From assembly GCA_023396365.1 (NCBI GenBank), contig JAEWWL010000007.1:1288-65287 (forward strand): DNA of 64,000 bases. Direction: 5' to 3'. The notes beneath the pieces were generated by a model. That model was not told where the DNA came from and did not search any database. It saw nothing but the letters and a program-made list of their open reading frames with translations. How positions within the stretch are numbered: position 1 is the first letter of the stretch; each line of letters opens with the position of its first letter. Position numbers and translations under genes: made by a program. Below are positions 28,977-39,737 of the stretch, one piece after another. The DNA is from Methanobacteriota archaeon (GTDB lineage: Archaea > Halobacteriota > Methanomicrobia > Methanomicrobiales > Methanomicrobiaceae).

Positions 28977-30044
28977 ATGGTTATTTTAATGAAAGCAGTT
29001 CTGGGTCTAGAAAACGGTGAATATGTAATCGGAGAAGGATTTGGAGTAGAAGGCTCCTGTTATGGAGAACTTGTGTTTACAACCCAGATGAGCGGCTATA
29101 TGGAAGCACTAACTGATCCAAGTTATGCAGGTCAGATTTTGATGTTTACTTATCCTCTTATCGGAAATTATGGTGTTGACACACAAAATTTCCAAAGTCC
29201 AAAAGTAAATGCCATGGGCTGTGTTGTCCATGAAATCTGTAAAAACCCTTCTTTTAAAACTACTTTGCAATCTTTTTTTGAGGAAAACAATTTATCAGGT
29301 ATTTCAGGTGTTGACACCCGAAAATTAACCATTGATACAAGAATCGCAGGAACACTTCGTGCAGCACTTATCGCCGGTGATGACAACGGCGAATACGCTG
29401 TGGAATGTGCAAAAGCAGTAAAACCAATCTCTGAGATTGATCTGTTAGCCCGGGTCTCCTGCAGGGAGCCTTTCAGGATACCTGGAAAGGGAAAGCGGAT
29501 TGCTGTGATTGATCTTGGAATAAAGAAGAACATTGCAGTCTCGCTTAGAAAACGCGGCGCAGATCTATATATATATCCATACAATTCAAAGCCCTCTGAT
29601 ATTGAGGCATGCGAGCCTGAGGCAATTTTTATTACAAACGGACCCGGCGATCCGGCGCTTGCAGCAGATGCAATTGAATGCACCAGGCATTTTATCGGAG
29701 AGCTTCCGATATTTGGAATCTGCATGGGAAACCAGATTATCGGAAGAGCATTTGGTGCAGAGACATACAAAATGAAATTCGGCCACAGGGGCTCAAACCA
29801 GCCGGTACGCCACTCGGACGGATCAATATACATAACAACCCAGAATCACGGATTTGCTGTTGACGGCGACACTCTGCCTTCAGAGTGCAGCATTTCATTT
29901 ACAAACGTAAATGACGGCTCACTTGAAGGATTCTGCTCTGAGGATTTGAATATATCCTGCGTTCAGTTCCATCCCGAAGCGCACGGGGGTCCTCTTGACA
30001 CTGAAATTCCGATATTTGATACAATGTACAGGAGGATTCCATAA
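28977..30044 (+). CDS. carA: carbamoyl-phosphate synthase small (glutaminase) subunit
   Basis: 355 aa. Catalytic triad context PIFGICMGNQIIG and VQFHPEA. The start may instead be ATG 28989 (MKAVLGLENGEY...). Confidence 0.95.
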   Translation: MVILMKAVLGLENGEYVIGEGFGVEGSCYGELVFTTQMSGYMEALTDPSYAGQILMFTYPLIGNYGVDTQNFQSPKVNAMGCVVHEICKNPSFKTTLQSFFEENNLSGISGVDTRKLTIDTRIAGTLRAALIAGDDNGEYAVECAKAVKPISEIDLLARVSCREPFRIPGKGKRIAVIDLGIKKNIAVSLRKRGADLYIYPYNSKPSDIEACEPEAIFITNGPGDPALAADAIECTRHFIGELPIFGICMGNQIIGRAFGAETYKMKFGHRGSNQPVRHSDGSIYITTQNHGFAVDGDTLPSECSISFTNVNDGSLEGFCSEDLNISCVQFHPEAHGGPLDTEIPIFDTMYRRIP

Positions 30045-33000
30045 TGCCGCTAAGAGAGGATATAAAAAAGGTAATAATCATCGGCTCAGGTCCTATCCAG
30101 ATAGGACAGGCAGCCGAATTTGATTTTTCAGGAACTCAGGCATGCAAATCACTTCGTGAAGAGGGAATTGAAGTTGTTCTTGTAAATTCAAACCCTGCAA
30201 CAATACAGACTGATCCCGACACTGCCGACATAATCTATGTTGAGCCGCTAAAGGCTCCGATTATTGCAAAAATTATTGAAAAGGAAAAACCTGACGGCAT
30301 TTTAAGCGGCATGGGAGGCCAGACCGGACTTAACCTTACAGCAGAACTTGCTGAAATGGGAGCATTAAAGGATGTGGAAATATTAGGTACACCTCTTGAT
30401 GCAATCTACAAGGGAGAAGACAGGGAGAAATTTAAGGACCTGATGAACGAAATAGGAGAGCCTGTCCCAAGAAGTCTGATTCTTCAGTCATTAAGCCAGA
30501 TTGATGACGTCTATGAAAAAGTCGGACTTCCTGCAATTATTCGTCCTGCATACACACTCGGAGGTGCAGGCGGAGGAGTTGCGCACAATCCCGAAGAGCT
30601 TAAAAGAATAGTTGAGATGGGGCTTCAGCGCTCAAGAATTCATCAGGTTTTAATTGAGGAAAGCGTTATCGGCTGGAAAGAGATTGAATTTGAGGTAATG
30701 CGAGACTCTGCCGATACCTGCATAATTATCTGCGGCATGGAAAACGTCGACCCTATGGGAATTCACACCGGTGAAAGCGTTGTTGTTGCACCGATTCTTA
30801 CACTTCGCGATGACGAGTTCCAGATGCTTCGTGCAGCAGCGATTAAAATTATCCGTGCACTTGGCGTCGAGGGCGGATGCAATATCCAGATGGCTTTTAA
30901 AGACGGCGATTACAGGATAATTGAAGTAAACCCGCGTGTGTCACGCTCATCTGCTCTTGCATCAAAGGCTACCGGATATCCGATTGCAAGGGTTGCGGCA
31001 AAAATAGCCATAGGGCTTCATCTTGATGAGATAATAAATACCGTTACCGGATGCACCCCTGCCTCTTTTGAGCCTGCAATTGATTATGTTGTTGTAAAAA
31101 TCCCAAGATGGCCGTTTGACAAATTCAAAAATGCCGACAGGACACTTACAACATCAATGAAGAGCACCGGAGAAGTAATGGCAATAGGCCGCACTCTTGA
31201 AGAGGCTTTCATGAAAGCGCTCAGATCACTTGATACTGACGTGAATGTGCATGCAACAAGAAAAGAAATTTCAATGCTTCTGCAAAATCCTACTGACGAA
31301 CGCTTTGGATGCCTTTTCGATGCTTTCAGGCAGGATTTCTCAGTTGAAGAAGTCTCAGCGCTGACAGATATTGATTCATTCTTCATCCAGAAAATCGCAA
31401 ATATTGTTGAAGTTGAAAGAAAACTTAAAAACAAGCCTTCCAATGAAGATATCAGGCTTGCAGGACGTTATGGATTCACATCCACAGAAATTTCTGAAAT
31501 TGCAGGTATTGATGAAAAAAATATAGAAAAACTGATTGGTACGCCTTCATACAAGCTTGTTGATACATGTGCGGCTGAATTCCCTGCAAAAACACCCTAC
31601 TTTTACTCAACATTTGATTCACAGTGCGAGATTGAAAAAGACGGAAAAAAGAAGGTCTTAATTATCGGTTCAGGGCCTATCCGCATAGGACAGGGAATAG
31701 AATTTGATTACTGCACTGTCCATGCAGTAATGGCTCTTCGTGAACAGGGAATCCAGGTTCATATCATAAACAACAATCCTGAAACTGTCTCAACCGACTT
31801 TGATACATCTGACAGGCTCTTCTTTGAGCCGATGAAGCTTGAGGACATAATAAGCATCCTCAAAAAAGATGACTATGCAGGAGTCATGGTTCAGTTTGGA
31901 GGGCAGAACTCCGTAAACCTCGCACTTCCTATTGAAAAGAAGATTGCAGAGCTCGGCCTGAATACAAAAATTCTGGGAACGTCTCCTGATTCAATGGACA
32001 TGGCAGAGGACAGGGACAGGTTCAGCCAGCTTCTGGACAGGCTAACAATCCCGTCGCCTGCAAACGGCTCTGCATATTCCGAGGCTGAGGCATTTAAGAT
32101 TGCCAAAAAAATCGGTTATCCGCTTCTTGTCCGCCCGTCGTATGTTCTCGGAGGCAGGGCAATGGAGCTTGTGCATGATGACATCGAGCTTAGAAACTAT
32201 ATCAAGGAAGCTGTCCGTGTAAGCAAAAAGCATCCTGTTCTGCTCGACTCATTCCTGCAAAACGCAATTGAGCTTGATGTCGATGCCGTATGCGACGGCA
32301 GTGATGTCCTTATCGGAGGCATCATGGAGCATATCGAAGAAGCCGGTGTCCACAGCGGTGATTCTGCATGTGTTATTCCAACACAGTCACTCTCAGAGGA
32401 TATTCTTCAGAATGTCAGGGACTATACAAAAAAGATTGCTCTTGGACTTGGAGTAATCGGTCTTATAAACATCCAGTATGCCATAAAAGACGGGGTTGTC
32501 TATATAATTGAAGCAAACCCGCGTGCAAGCAGGACCGTTCCTTTTGTTTCAAAAGCAACAGGCATCCCCCTTGCAAAAATTGCAGCCCGCGTAATGTGCG
32601 GCGGCAGACTAAAGGACATGGACTATAAGGAGCGCCCGCTAAAGCATGTCGCTGTAAAAGAGGTATTACTGCCATTTAATAAACTTCCGGGCGTAGACAC
32701 AGTCCTTGGACCTGAAATGAAGAGCACCGGAGAAGTCATGGGTATTGACTATGACTTTGGAAGAGCTTACTTTAAGGCCAGCACCTCTGCCGACAACCAG
32801 CTTCCTTTGGAGGGAACTGTTTTTATTTCAATAGGGGATGAAAACAAATCCGAAATTCTTCCTGTCGCAAAAAAATTATGCGAAATGGGACTTTCACTTC
32901 TTGGAACAAGCGGAACTGTTGAATTCCTTGAAGGGCATGGAATTGATGCAAAGCTTGTAAGAAAAGTTCAGGAAGGATCTCCCAATGTTATCGATATGAT

Positions 33001-33211
33001 GAGAAGGGGAGAGGCAAGCCTTATCATAAATACCCCGTCAGGAAAATATTCAAGGCAGGATCATCTTCAGATAATGCGTGCCGCTCTTGACTACGGAATA
33101 CCTTACATTACAACAATGCAGGCGGCAAGGGCTGCTGCGATGGCGATTGACGCAATGAAAAAACAGGATATAACACTTGAGCCGTTAAGCCATTACCACA
33201 ATCAGATATAA
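30044..33211 (+). CDS. carB: carbamoyl-phosphate synthase large subunit
   Basis: 1055 aa. Duplicated ATP-grasp halves (IIEVNPRVSRSSALASKATGYPIA / IIEANPRASRTVPFVSKATGIPLA) and a C-terminal MGS-like allosteric domain. 1-nt overlap with carA. Confidence 0.98.
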   Translation: MPLREDIKKVIIIGSGPIQIGQAAEFDFSGTQACKSLREEGIEVVLVNSNPATIQTDPDTADIIYVEPLKAPIIAKIIEKEKPDGILSGMGGQTGLNLTAELAEMGALKDVEILGTPLDAIYKGEDREKFKDLMNEIGEPVPRSLILQSLSQIDDVYEKVGLPAIIRPAYTLGGAGGGVAHNPEELKRIVEMGLQRSRIHQVLIEESVIGWKEIEFEVMRDSADTCIIICGMENVDPMGIHTGESVVVAPILTLRDDEFQMLRAAAIKIIRALGVEGGCNIQMAFKDGDYRIIEVNPRVSRSSALASKATGYPIARVAAKIAIGLHLDEIINTVTGCTPASFEPAIDYVVVKIPRWPFDKFKNADRTLTTSMKSTGEVMAIGRTLEEAFMKALRSLDTDVNVHATRKEISMLLQNPTDERFGCLFDAFRQDFSVEEVSALTDIDSFFIQKIANIVEVERKLKNKPSNEDIRLAGRYGFTSTEISEIAGIDEKNIEKLIGTPSYKLVDTCAAEFPAKTPYFYSTFDSQCEIEKDGKKKVLIIGSGPIRIGQGIEFDYCTVHAVMALREQGIQVHIINNNPETVSTDFDTSDRLFFEPMKLEDIISILKKDDYAGVMVQFGGQNSVNLALPIEKKIAELGLNTKILGTSPDSMDMAEDRDRFSQLLDRLTIPSPANGSAYSEAEAFKIAKKIGYPLLVRPSYVLGGRAMELVHDDIELRNYIKEAVRVSKKHPVLLDSFLQNAIELDVDAVCDGSDVLIGGIMEHIEEAGVHSGDSACVIPTQSLSEDILQNVRDYTKKIALGLGVIGLINIQYAIKDGVVYIIEANPRASRTVPFVSKATGIPLAKIAARVMCGGRLKDMDYKERPLKHVAVKEVLLPFNKLPGVDTVLGPEMKSTGEVMGIDYDFGRAYFKASTSADNQLPLEGTVFISIGDENKSEILPVAKKLCEMGLSLLGTSGTVEFLEGHGIDAKLVRKVQEGSPNVIDMMRRGEASLIINTPSGKYSRQDHLQIMRAALDYGIPYITTMQAARAAAMAIDAMKKQDITLEPLSHYHNQI

Positions 33212-33332
33212 AAATAAAAATTTCATTTTTTCAAACGCTTATAATAAGCCTTTTTTTCTGATCTTTTAAGACTTCCGGTTAAGGAAAAGAGGGATTCTTT
33301 ATAAATCTCCTGACATCTATATTCTCTTTGCT

Positions 33333-34628
33333 ATGACAACTACAGGTACCGGTATAAGAACAGGGATTTTACTTGGCTCAGCAATTTTTTTACTTCTGCT
33401 TCTCGCCCCAAATGCAGTTTTGGCAGGAGATGAAACAGCTCTTCTCTGGAAATATACACAGAACACAAATTTTGCAGACACGGAAATTTCTCCTGACGGC
33501 GGATATGTATTTTGCGGAGGAACAAATTCACGTGTATATCTTTTAAAAAATGACGGAAGCTTAGTCTGGGAAAAAGCCGTTGATGCATCAGTAAGCGGCC
33601 TTTCTGTATCTCAAAACGCCAGATACTCTGTTGCGGGAACTAAAAAAGGAACACTATATCTTTTTGATTCATATGGAAACATACTCTGGGAAAAAAGCCT
33701 TGGTCAAACTGTTTATGATGCATCAGTATCATCCGCGGGAACATTTATTGCAGCCGGTTCTAATGACGGCTATCTTTATCTGTTCCAAAACGGCGGGGAG
33801 CTTGTCTGGAAGCAAAAGCTCGGCGGTGATATCTACTGTGTGTCGGTAAACTCAGACGGCAGCAGGATTGCAGCCGGCAAAAAATTGTTTTCTGTCTATT
33901 TATACAGCCTTGAGGGAGACAAACTCTGGACATATACAACAGATGAGCAGGTTTTTGATGTTGACATCTCTCCTGACGGCAGTGCTGTTGCAGCAGGGTG
34001 TGCTGACGGAAGGGTGATAATACTTGATAAAAACGGCAGCAGATTATGGTCAACAAATCTTCTTTCTGCGGTAAACGCAGTATCATCTTCAAATTACGGT
34101 AATTATATCGCGGCAGGCTCTGAGACCAATTATGCCTATCTTTATGATGACACCAGAAGCAGTATTTTTAAATATGCCACTTTTGCAACTGTCAGAGGTG
34201 TATCACTCTCAGAGTCCGGCACTCATATGTCAGTTGCCTCAGATGACGGAAACGTGTATTATCTTGCACTGCCGGTGAGTGTTCCACCAGCTCCTGAACC
34301 ATCATCTGAAATACCGGCTGTTTTGGAGACAGGAACTCTTATCATAAATTCTGATCCTTCCTGTGCAGGAGTCTATATAGACAATGTCTATTCCGGGCAG
34401 ACTCCGTTAACCATTGAAAAATTAAAATCCGGAACGCATACAGTGTCTCTAATCCTGACAGGATATGATCACTGGAATACTGAAATTTTTTTATCATCAG
34501 GTGTTATTGAGACAGTTTCTGCAAACCTGTCTCCTGTTAAGACACAAAATACAATGCCTTTGAATCTTCTCACAGTTATAGCAGGAATTTTCGCAGCTGC
34601 TGCTGTAATAACCAAAAAAAGAGAATAA
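33333..34628 (+). CDS. secreted/anchored beta-propeller repeat protein with PEGA domain and C-terminal TM anchor
   Basis: 431 aa. Signal-like N-terminus, then ~7 repeats of the type DG..V.AG...G.LYLFD..G..LW (PQQ/WD40-like). A PEGA-like module follows (GTLIINSDPSCAGVYIDNVYSGQTPLTIEKLKSGTHTVSL), then the final TM plus KKRE. Confidence 0.7.
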   Translation: MTTTGTGIRTGILLGSAIFLLLLLAPNAVLAGDETALLWKYTQNTNFADTEISPDGGYVFCGGTNSRVYLLKNDGSLVWEKAVDASVSGLSVSQNARYSVAGTKKGTLYLFDSYGNILWEKSLGQTVYDASVSSAGTFIAAGSNDGYLYLFQNGGELVWKQKLGGDIYCVSVNSDGSRIAAGKKLFSVYLYSLEGDKLWTYTTDEQVFDVDISPDGSAVAAGCADGRVIILDKNGSRLWSTNLLSAVNAVSSSNYGNYIAAGSETNYAYLYDDTRSSIFKYATFATVRGVSLSESGTHMSVASDDGNVYYLALPVSVPPAPEPSSEIPAVLETGTLIINSDPSCAGVYIDNVYSGQTPLTIEKLKSGTHTVSLILTGYDHWNTEIFLSSGVIETVSANLSPVKTQNTMPLNLLTVIAGIFAAAAVITKKRE

Positions 34629-34658
34629 TTTTTTTTGCTTTCTTGCTGACTTTTTTTT

Positions 34659-36275
34659 TTAATTATCTTTTAAGATCTGTCCAAACCATGGAAGAAAATC
34701 ATTTTTTCTTGACATCATGCCTTCTTTTCTGATAGGCTGTGATTTGCATCCGCTTTTGGTTAAAACTGCATTGTCTGCATCGATATAAATTTCACTTCCG
34801 TTTTCAAAGACACTTGTTAAAAGGGCGGCAAAAATATCAACACCATTCGCTTTTTTAAGCTCTCTTATGTATACAGGGATTTTCTCTTTGTTTTCTGATG
34901 AAAATTCATATGTCGGAATCATTATCTGAGAGATAATTACTTTTCTTCCAAACAAATTGTACTCCTTAATGTCTCTCATCAAAAGATCCTTTAAATCAAG
35001 ACCATCTAAATCCATCCCTTTTTTAATTAATTCCGCACCAAATTCGTTATAGTCAACACCTGCAATTTCAGACAAATATTCAACCATTCTTTTATCCTTC
35101 TGCGTTGTTGTTGAAAGACGAAGAACAAGGGTGTCTGAGAGTATCCCTGACAATAAAAGGCCTGCTGTTGTTTTATCAGGAGTTATCTTCTCATCGGCAA
35201 ATTTACCGGCAATAATTGTTGATGTTGAGCCTACCGGCTCATTTAAAAAGCTGATAGGTCTTAGTGTTGTGATTGCGCCGAGCCTGTGGTGATCGATAAT
35301 CTCTAAAATTTCAGCAGTTTCAATTCCATCCACAGCCTGTGTAAACTCATTGTGATCAAGCAATATGACCTTTTTCTGAACATTATCCAAAAAAGTATTT
35401 CTTGAGATCATTCCTATGAATCTGCGGCTGTTGTCTACTACACAGGCTGTTCGGTATTTTGAACTTGAAACAAGCTGTTTTGCATATTCAATTGTATCCT
35501 CTTTTGTTACTGTCGGAACATCCTTTGCCATTACCTTGCTTGCCGGAAGAGAGAGATTTATCATTTTGCCAACGCCAAATGCATCAAGATTCGTTGATAA
35601 AAGAGCGATGCCCTTTTCAGCAGCAGCTTTTATTACTCTTTCACCAACAGGAGCGCCGTCTGCAATGACAAGGGCCGCTATCCCTGCTGAGATGAGCGAA
35701 AGCTGTGCAGGCTCGTTGTCGCCTACGATTGCAATGTCATTTTTGTTTAATTTGGATAATGTAACATGGAGTGCGTCAATTACAATATACACCTTTCCTT
35801 CAAGCAGATCTCCTGATGAAACCAGAATATTTGCATTCAGAATTCTGGTAAGTGTATCAAGACTGATTGGAGTAATTGAAAGCTGCTCAATTTTCTGGCG
35901 TCTTACATATGCCTGAGCAAGTCCGTGCTCACTGATAAGGCCTGTTAAAATTCCGTCTGAATTTCTTATCGGGATATTTCTGACATTGTGCTCATCCATC
36001 ATTGAGATGATATCAATTGTCGGAACATTCTCTTCTGCACTGAAAGTATATGTGAAAGGCAAATCAGAAATATTGGGCTCCAGAGTTTCAATAAATTCAG
36101 GAGCGCCCGCACTAAATGATTCAAGAGCGAACCTGGTTTCTGCATTTATATCCCCGCAAACCGCCGGTATGTATCTGCCCGGCTCTTTTTCATTCAAAAG
36201 CTTTGCATATCCCATAACGCTGCAGACAGAGTCAGTATCCGGGTTTTTATGACCCAGTATGTAGATTTCATTCAT
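34659..36275 (-). CDS. CBS-domain-containing family II (DHH/DHHA2) inorganic pyrophosphatase
   Basis: 538 aa. DHH motifs ILGHKNPDTDSVCS, LLDHNEF and IIDHHRLG, with a CBS-DRTGG-CBS insert between them and a C-terminal DHHA2-like region. Confidence 0.85.
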   Translation of the reverse strand: MNEIYILGHKNPDTDSVCSVMGYAKLLNEKEPGRYIPAVCGDINAETRFALESFSAGAPEFIETLEPNISDLPFTYTFSAEENVPTIDIISMMDEHNVRNIPIRNSDGILTGLISEHGLAQAYVRRQKIEQLSITPISLDTLTRILNANILVSSGDLLEGKVYIVIDALHVTLSKLNKNDIAIVGDNEPAQLSLISAGIAALVIADGAPVGERVIKAAAEKGIALLSTNLDAFGVGKMINLSLPASKVMAKDVPTVTKEDTIEYAKQLVSSSKYRTACVVDNSRRFIGMISRNTFLDNVQKKVILLDHNEFTQAVDGIETAEILEIIDHHRLGAITTLRPISFLNEPVGSTSTIIAGKFADEKITPDKTTAGLLLSGILSDTLVLRLSTTTQKDKRMVEYLSEIAGVDYNEFGAELIKKGMDLDGLDLKDLLMRDIKEYNLFGRKVIISQIMIPTYEFSSENKEKIPVYIRELKKANGVDIFAALLTSVFENGSEIYIDADNAVLTKSGCKSQPIRKEGMMSRKNDFLPWFGQILKDN

Positions 36276-36441
36276 TTTAGAGCGCCCATATTTTTACTCT
36301 GAGAGTGGTTTTTTTAATTGATGTTTTAAAATTATTAAATTAGTCCTGTAAATTATATGCAGATTATCTGTTTAATAATAATCCATAGAAGCTAAAAGGT
36401 TTCAAATTCTTAAAAAAAATTGAATTAACACGAAAAAAACC

Positions 36442-36472
36442 TGGAATTTGAATAAAATAATTGGAATTTGAA
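36442..36472. repeat. 11-nt motif tggaatttgaa repeated with 20-nt period
   Basis: Read directly at 36442-36452 and 36462-36472, in an A/T-rich spacer. Confidence 0.9.
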
Positions 36473-36540
36473 CGAAAAAATTAAGTTCTGATTAATTTTA
36501 ATTTTTTTTTCCAGGATTTGTTTTATTTTCCGGATTTATT

Positions 36541-38262
36541 TTATGTACTGCACCTGCCAAGAATTAATTTAAATGAAAGACCCTTGTACCTGTCGCCTGC
36601 AATCCGGTCTGCAACAGATATTCTGCCGCCATATTTTTTAATAAGGATATATGCAGTATAAAGCCCGATTGACCCGGAATCAAGATGAATATTCTCTTCA
36701 TCAAAATCAGAGAACAAAAGCATCTTCTCCTCATCAGAAAGACCAGGACCTGTATTTTGAATTGTCACAATTGCAGTGTCACCGGATTGTTCGGAATAAA
36801 TTGCAATATCGGATTTTGCTGCTCCAAGGTTTGCCATGAATTGTATGATGCTTGCAAAAACCTCTGATAAATTTTCATCCGAATATACAATATGACCGGA
36901 ATCGGTATATCTTATCCTGATTCCGGGGTATCTGTCAGCAGCTTTTTTAATCTCATCATCAAGAGAAACCTCTGAGAGCTCACGGTTCATATTTTCGTTG
37001 ATTTCATTGATAATTCTTAAATTATTGATAATATATCTGTTTTTGCGGATATCACCGCTCATCTTTTCTGCAAGCTCGTCAAGTGATTTTTCAGGTTCGG
37101 TTATGCTTTCAACAGAACGAAGAAGCTCCTCATTTAAGTCATTTATGTCATCAAGAATCAGTCCGAAGCACTGCTTTGCCTCACTGCATTCTTTCTCAAG
37201 CCTCTCCTGAAGCATGCCCCTTAAAATAAGATTGCTTATCTCCTTTCCAATAAGCAAAAGTGTCTCTTTTTCAAAATCTGAAAATAATCCCTCATCAGCT
37301 TTTGCAGTATACAAAGCTCCTATTACAGTATTGTCTGATATCAAAGGTATGGCAGAGTATGAAAGTGCGCCAAGGTTTTCAAGAATTTTCAGGTCATGCT
37401 TTCCGATATCAATTTCAGGCAGATTTTCTATAAATTTCGGCTGACCTGCATAAAAAACAAGGTTGTTGGGCCAGCTCCTTACATCGATTTTCTTCTCTGT
37501 TTCAAGAAAATATCTTGGCACTTCACGTGCAGAGATGATTTCTGCGGATTTTCCGTCGGCATTTTTTAAATAGATAAAACAAATCTCAAAACCAAGACCA
37601 CCTGAAATCAGGTCAAGGATATTGTCAAGCATTTCATTTAAATTAAATGCTGAATTGACTGATATCAGAATCTGATTTAAAAGCTCAAGCTGACGGGGTC
37701 TTTGCTTTACCTCATCATCAATAATTGCGGCTGAATTTTCACCTGCATATGCATTTTTATAATTGTCATTATAAATATCGCTTTTAAAAGAATTGTATGA
37801 AAATAATTTTTTGGCCCCTGAATCATTTCTGCTCTGATAATTTGCTTTTTCGCTTTGAATAACTGATTCGGGCTTTGCCGCCGATACTAAAATATTGTCT
37901 GTTCCAGGAATTTTTATTGCAGTAAGTATAAGAGAAGTTTCTTTTTTAGAAAAAAAGTCCGAACTAAAAACAGCAGTTTTTGGGGAGTTGTATGGATCGC
38001 TTATTCGTTCATTTAAAAAAAATTTCAGGTTTTCTGATTCATCCTCTGAAAAAAAATCCTCAAGATAAAGATTATTTGAAAGAGTTTTGTATTCTATCAA
38101 AAACAATTCGAAGAAATTTGAATTTGCTATAATTATCCTGCCTGACGTTGTAATAATAAAATTTGCACCGTTTGAGACATCAAAAAGAAATGAGGCTGAG
38201 TCATAGGTCTGATCCAGAATCTTTGACAAAAGATTTTCTTTTTGTTCTGAATTATATACCAT
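36541..38262 (-). CDS. GAF-domain sensor with C-terminal HATPase_c-like domain (histidine-kinase-like, no His in DHp region)
   Basis: 573 aa with a central GAF-like region (LDNILDLISGGLGFEICFIYLKN...). The C-terminal ATPase has a G1-like box (IQNTGPGLSDEE) and a G2-like box (GSIGLYTAYILIKKYGG). The intervening helical region has LILDDINDL where an H-box would be expected. Confidence 0.75.
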   Translation of the reverse strand: MVYNSEQKENLLSKILDQTYDSASFLFDVSNGANFIITTSGRIIIANSNFFELFLIEYKTLSNNLYLEDFFSEDESENLKFFLNERISDPYNSPKTAVFSSDFFSKKETSLILTAIKIPGTDNILVSAAKPESVIQSEKANYQSRNDSGAKKLFSYNSFKSDIYNDNYKNAYAGENSAAIIDDEVKQRPRQLELLNQILISVNSAFNLNEMLDNILDLISGGLGFEICFIYLKNADGKSAEIISAREVPRYFLETEKKIDVRSWPNNLVFYAGQPKFIENLPEIDIGKHDLKILENLGALSYSAIPLISDNTVIGALYTAKADEGLFSDFEKETLLLIGKEISNLILRGMLQERLEKECSEAKQCFGLILDDINDLNEELLRSVESITEPEKSLDELAEKMSGDIRKNRYIINNLRIINEINENMNRELSEVSLDDEIKKAADRYPGIRIRYTDSGHIVYSDENLSEVFASIIQFMANLGAAKSDIAIYSEQSGDTAIVTIQNTGPGLSDEEKMLLFSDFDEENIHLDSGSIGLYTAYILIKKYGGRISVADRIAGDRYKGLSFKLILGRCST

Positions 38263-38464
38263 AATAAATCAGCCCCTGAACATTTAATCAAAATTTGAAT
38301 AATTATGTCCTGCTGTGATTAATAAAAAAGTTCAGCCGAAGAGATATATAGATGCCGTTTTTATCCGGACGGTTTTTTTCTGGTCTTTTAGAGAAAGAAC
38401 CGGGGAATTTCATTTAGTTGCATCAGTCACTGGTTTTATGAAATACTCTTTCCAATATTATACC

Positions 38465-39148
38465 ATGCATCTAAATCCTTTTGTGAGCGAAAGGCCAAAA
38501 GCAATTTTATTTGATATGGATAATACCCTGTTTGATTTTTCTGACGCCAAAATAAAAGCCTGCTCATCTGTTGCGGAGATGCTTGAATCAGGCACTGGTG
38601 AAGAGCTGCTAAGATATTTTCTCTATGGAAATTTTGGATTTGAGAATCATGGAAATATCAGAAAATACATGGAGGATTATAAAATCTGGGATGAAGACAA
38701 CTACAAATCAGCCATTGACATTTACGAATCCGTAAAGCTTGAATCAATTGAGGCATACCCCGGCGTATATGAAACTCTTCCGATAATAGAGGCAGCCGGA
38801 ATTAAAATGTCAATTGTAACCGATGCCGAAAGCACCCAGGCAAAGAAGAGAATAGCAAAAATTGGTCTGCACAAATATTTTCAGGACATTATCACACCTG
38901 ATCTTTCAGGGAAAAGAAAGCCCGAGCCGGATACATTTTTAATGGCGCTTGAGAAGCTTTCAGCTCTTCCATGCAATTCAATGGTTGTCGGCGACAGCCC
39001 CAGAAGAGAGATAGAGCCATGCAATAAGCTCGGGATTGCAACAGTATATGCAAGATACGGTGACTGGCTGAAAATACCGACACCCGGCGCAAAACCGGAT
39101 TATACAATAGATAATTTTTTTGAACTTACAGATATTTTAAAAATTTAA
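38465..39148 (+). CDS. HAD-superfamily hydrolase (subfamily IA-like phosphatase)
   Basis: Motif I ILFDMDNTLFDF, motif IV VVGDSPRREIE. I start at ATG 38465, because the GTG-initiated ORF-track extension (38315) adds ~50 non-conserved residues. ATG 38438 is also possible. Confidence 0.8.
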   Translation: MHLNPFVSERPKAILFDMDNTLFDFSDAKIKACSSVAEMLESGTGEELLRYFLYGNFGFENHGNIRKYMEDYKIWDEDNYKSAIDIYESVKLESIEAYPGVYETLPIIEAAGIKMSIVTDAESTQAKKRIAKIGLHKYFQDIITPDLSGKRKPEPDTFLMALEKLSALPCNSMVVGDSPRREIEPCNKLGIATVYARYGDWLKIPTPGAKPDYTIDNFFELTDILKI

Positions 39149-39150
39149 AC

Positions 39151-39207
39151 TCAGCTTTTTACATGCCAAAATTTAAAATCAGCTTTTTTACATTTCAAAA
39201 TTCAAAA
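39151..39207. repeat. imperfect tandem duplication, 28/29 nt x 2 (tcagctttttacatgccaaaatttaaaa / tcagcttttttacatttcaaaattcaaaa)
   Basis: Read directly, in the convergent spacer between the HAD gene and aIF5A. Confidence 0.9.
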
Positions 39208-39272
39208 TTTAAAATTTAAGATAAACTTGTGTTTTAATTTCAGATAAAAAAATATTTTTTTAATATTTTATA

Positions 39273-39656
39273 TCATTCATTGTCAAGCTTTCTTTTACCC
39301 ATTGATGAGATATACGGAACTTCTGTTCCTGCCTGAAGTTTTGAGGCTTCTTCTTCTGTGAGAGTCTGTTCAAACATATCAAAATCCTTTACATCCATAA
39401 ACTGAACTGTTGCTCCTGATATGGATATGACCTGCGCGGACCTGCGCTCTACAACCGGTACATATGTTTTTGCTGTAACTGGCTGGACAATTGAGCGTTT
39501 GACTCCGTCAAAAATACCGACAACATCTATCCTTGATTTGGCTGCGCCATGCTTTCCGGGCTTTGAGATAGCAATTCCAAGTATTTTGCATGGTTCTTCA
39601 TCGACGACTACATATCGTCCTTCCTTTAATTTTCCAACTTCAGTCTGTTCTTTCAT
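39273..39656 (-). CDS. eif5a: translation initiation factor 5A (aIF5A)
   Basis: MKEQTEVGKLKEGRYVVVDEEPCKI..., with the hypusination loop SKPGKHGAAKSRI. ATG 39656 is chosen over the upstream TTG of the ORF track. Confidence 0.95.
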   Translation of the reverse strand: MKEQTEVGKLKEGRYVVVDEEPCKILGIAISKPGKHGAAKSRIDVVGIFDGVKRSIVQPVTAKTYVPVVERRSAQVISISGATVQFMDVKDFDMFEQTLTEEEASKLQAGTEVPYISSMGKRKLDNE

Positions 39657-39737
39657 AATGATCAAACTCCATTATGTATATTACAATCAACTTAAATAAA
39701 TTCAGCGAAGAATCATGAAATATACAGGTGCAAAAGT

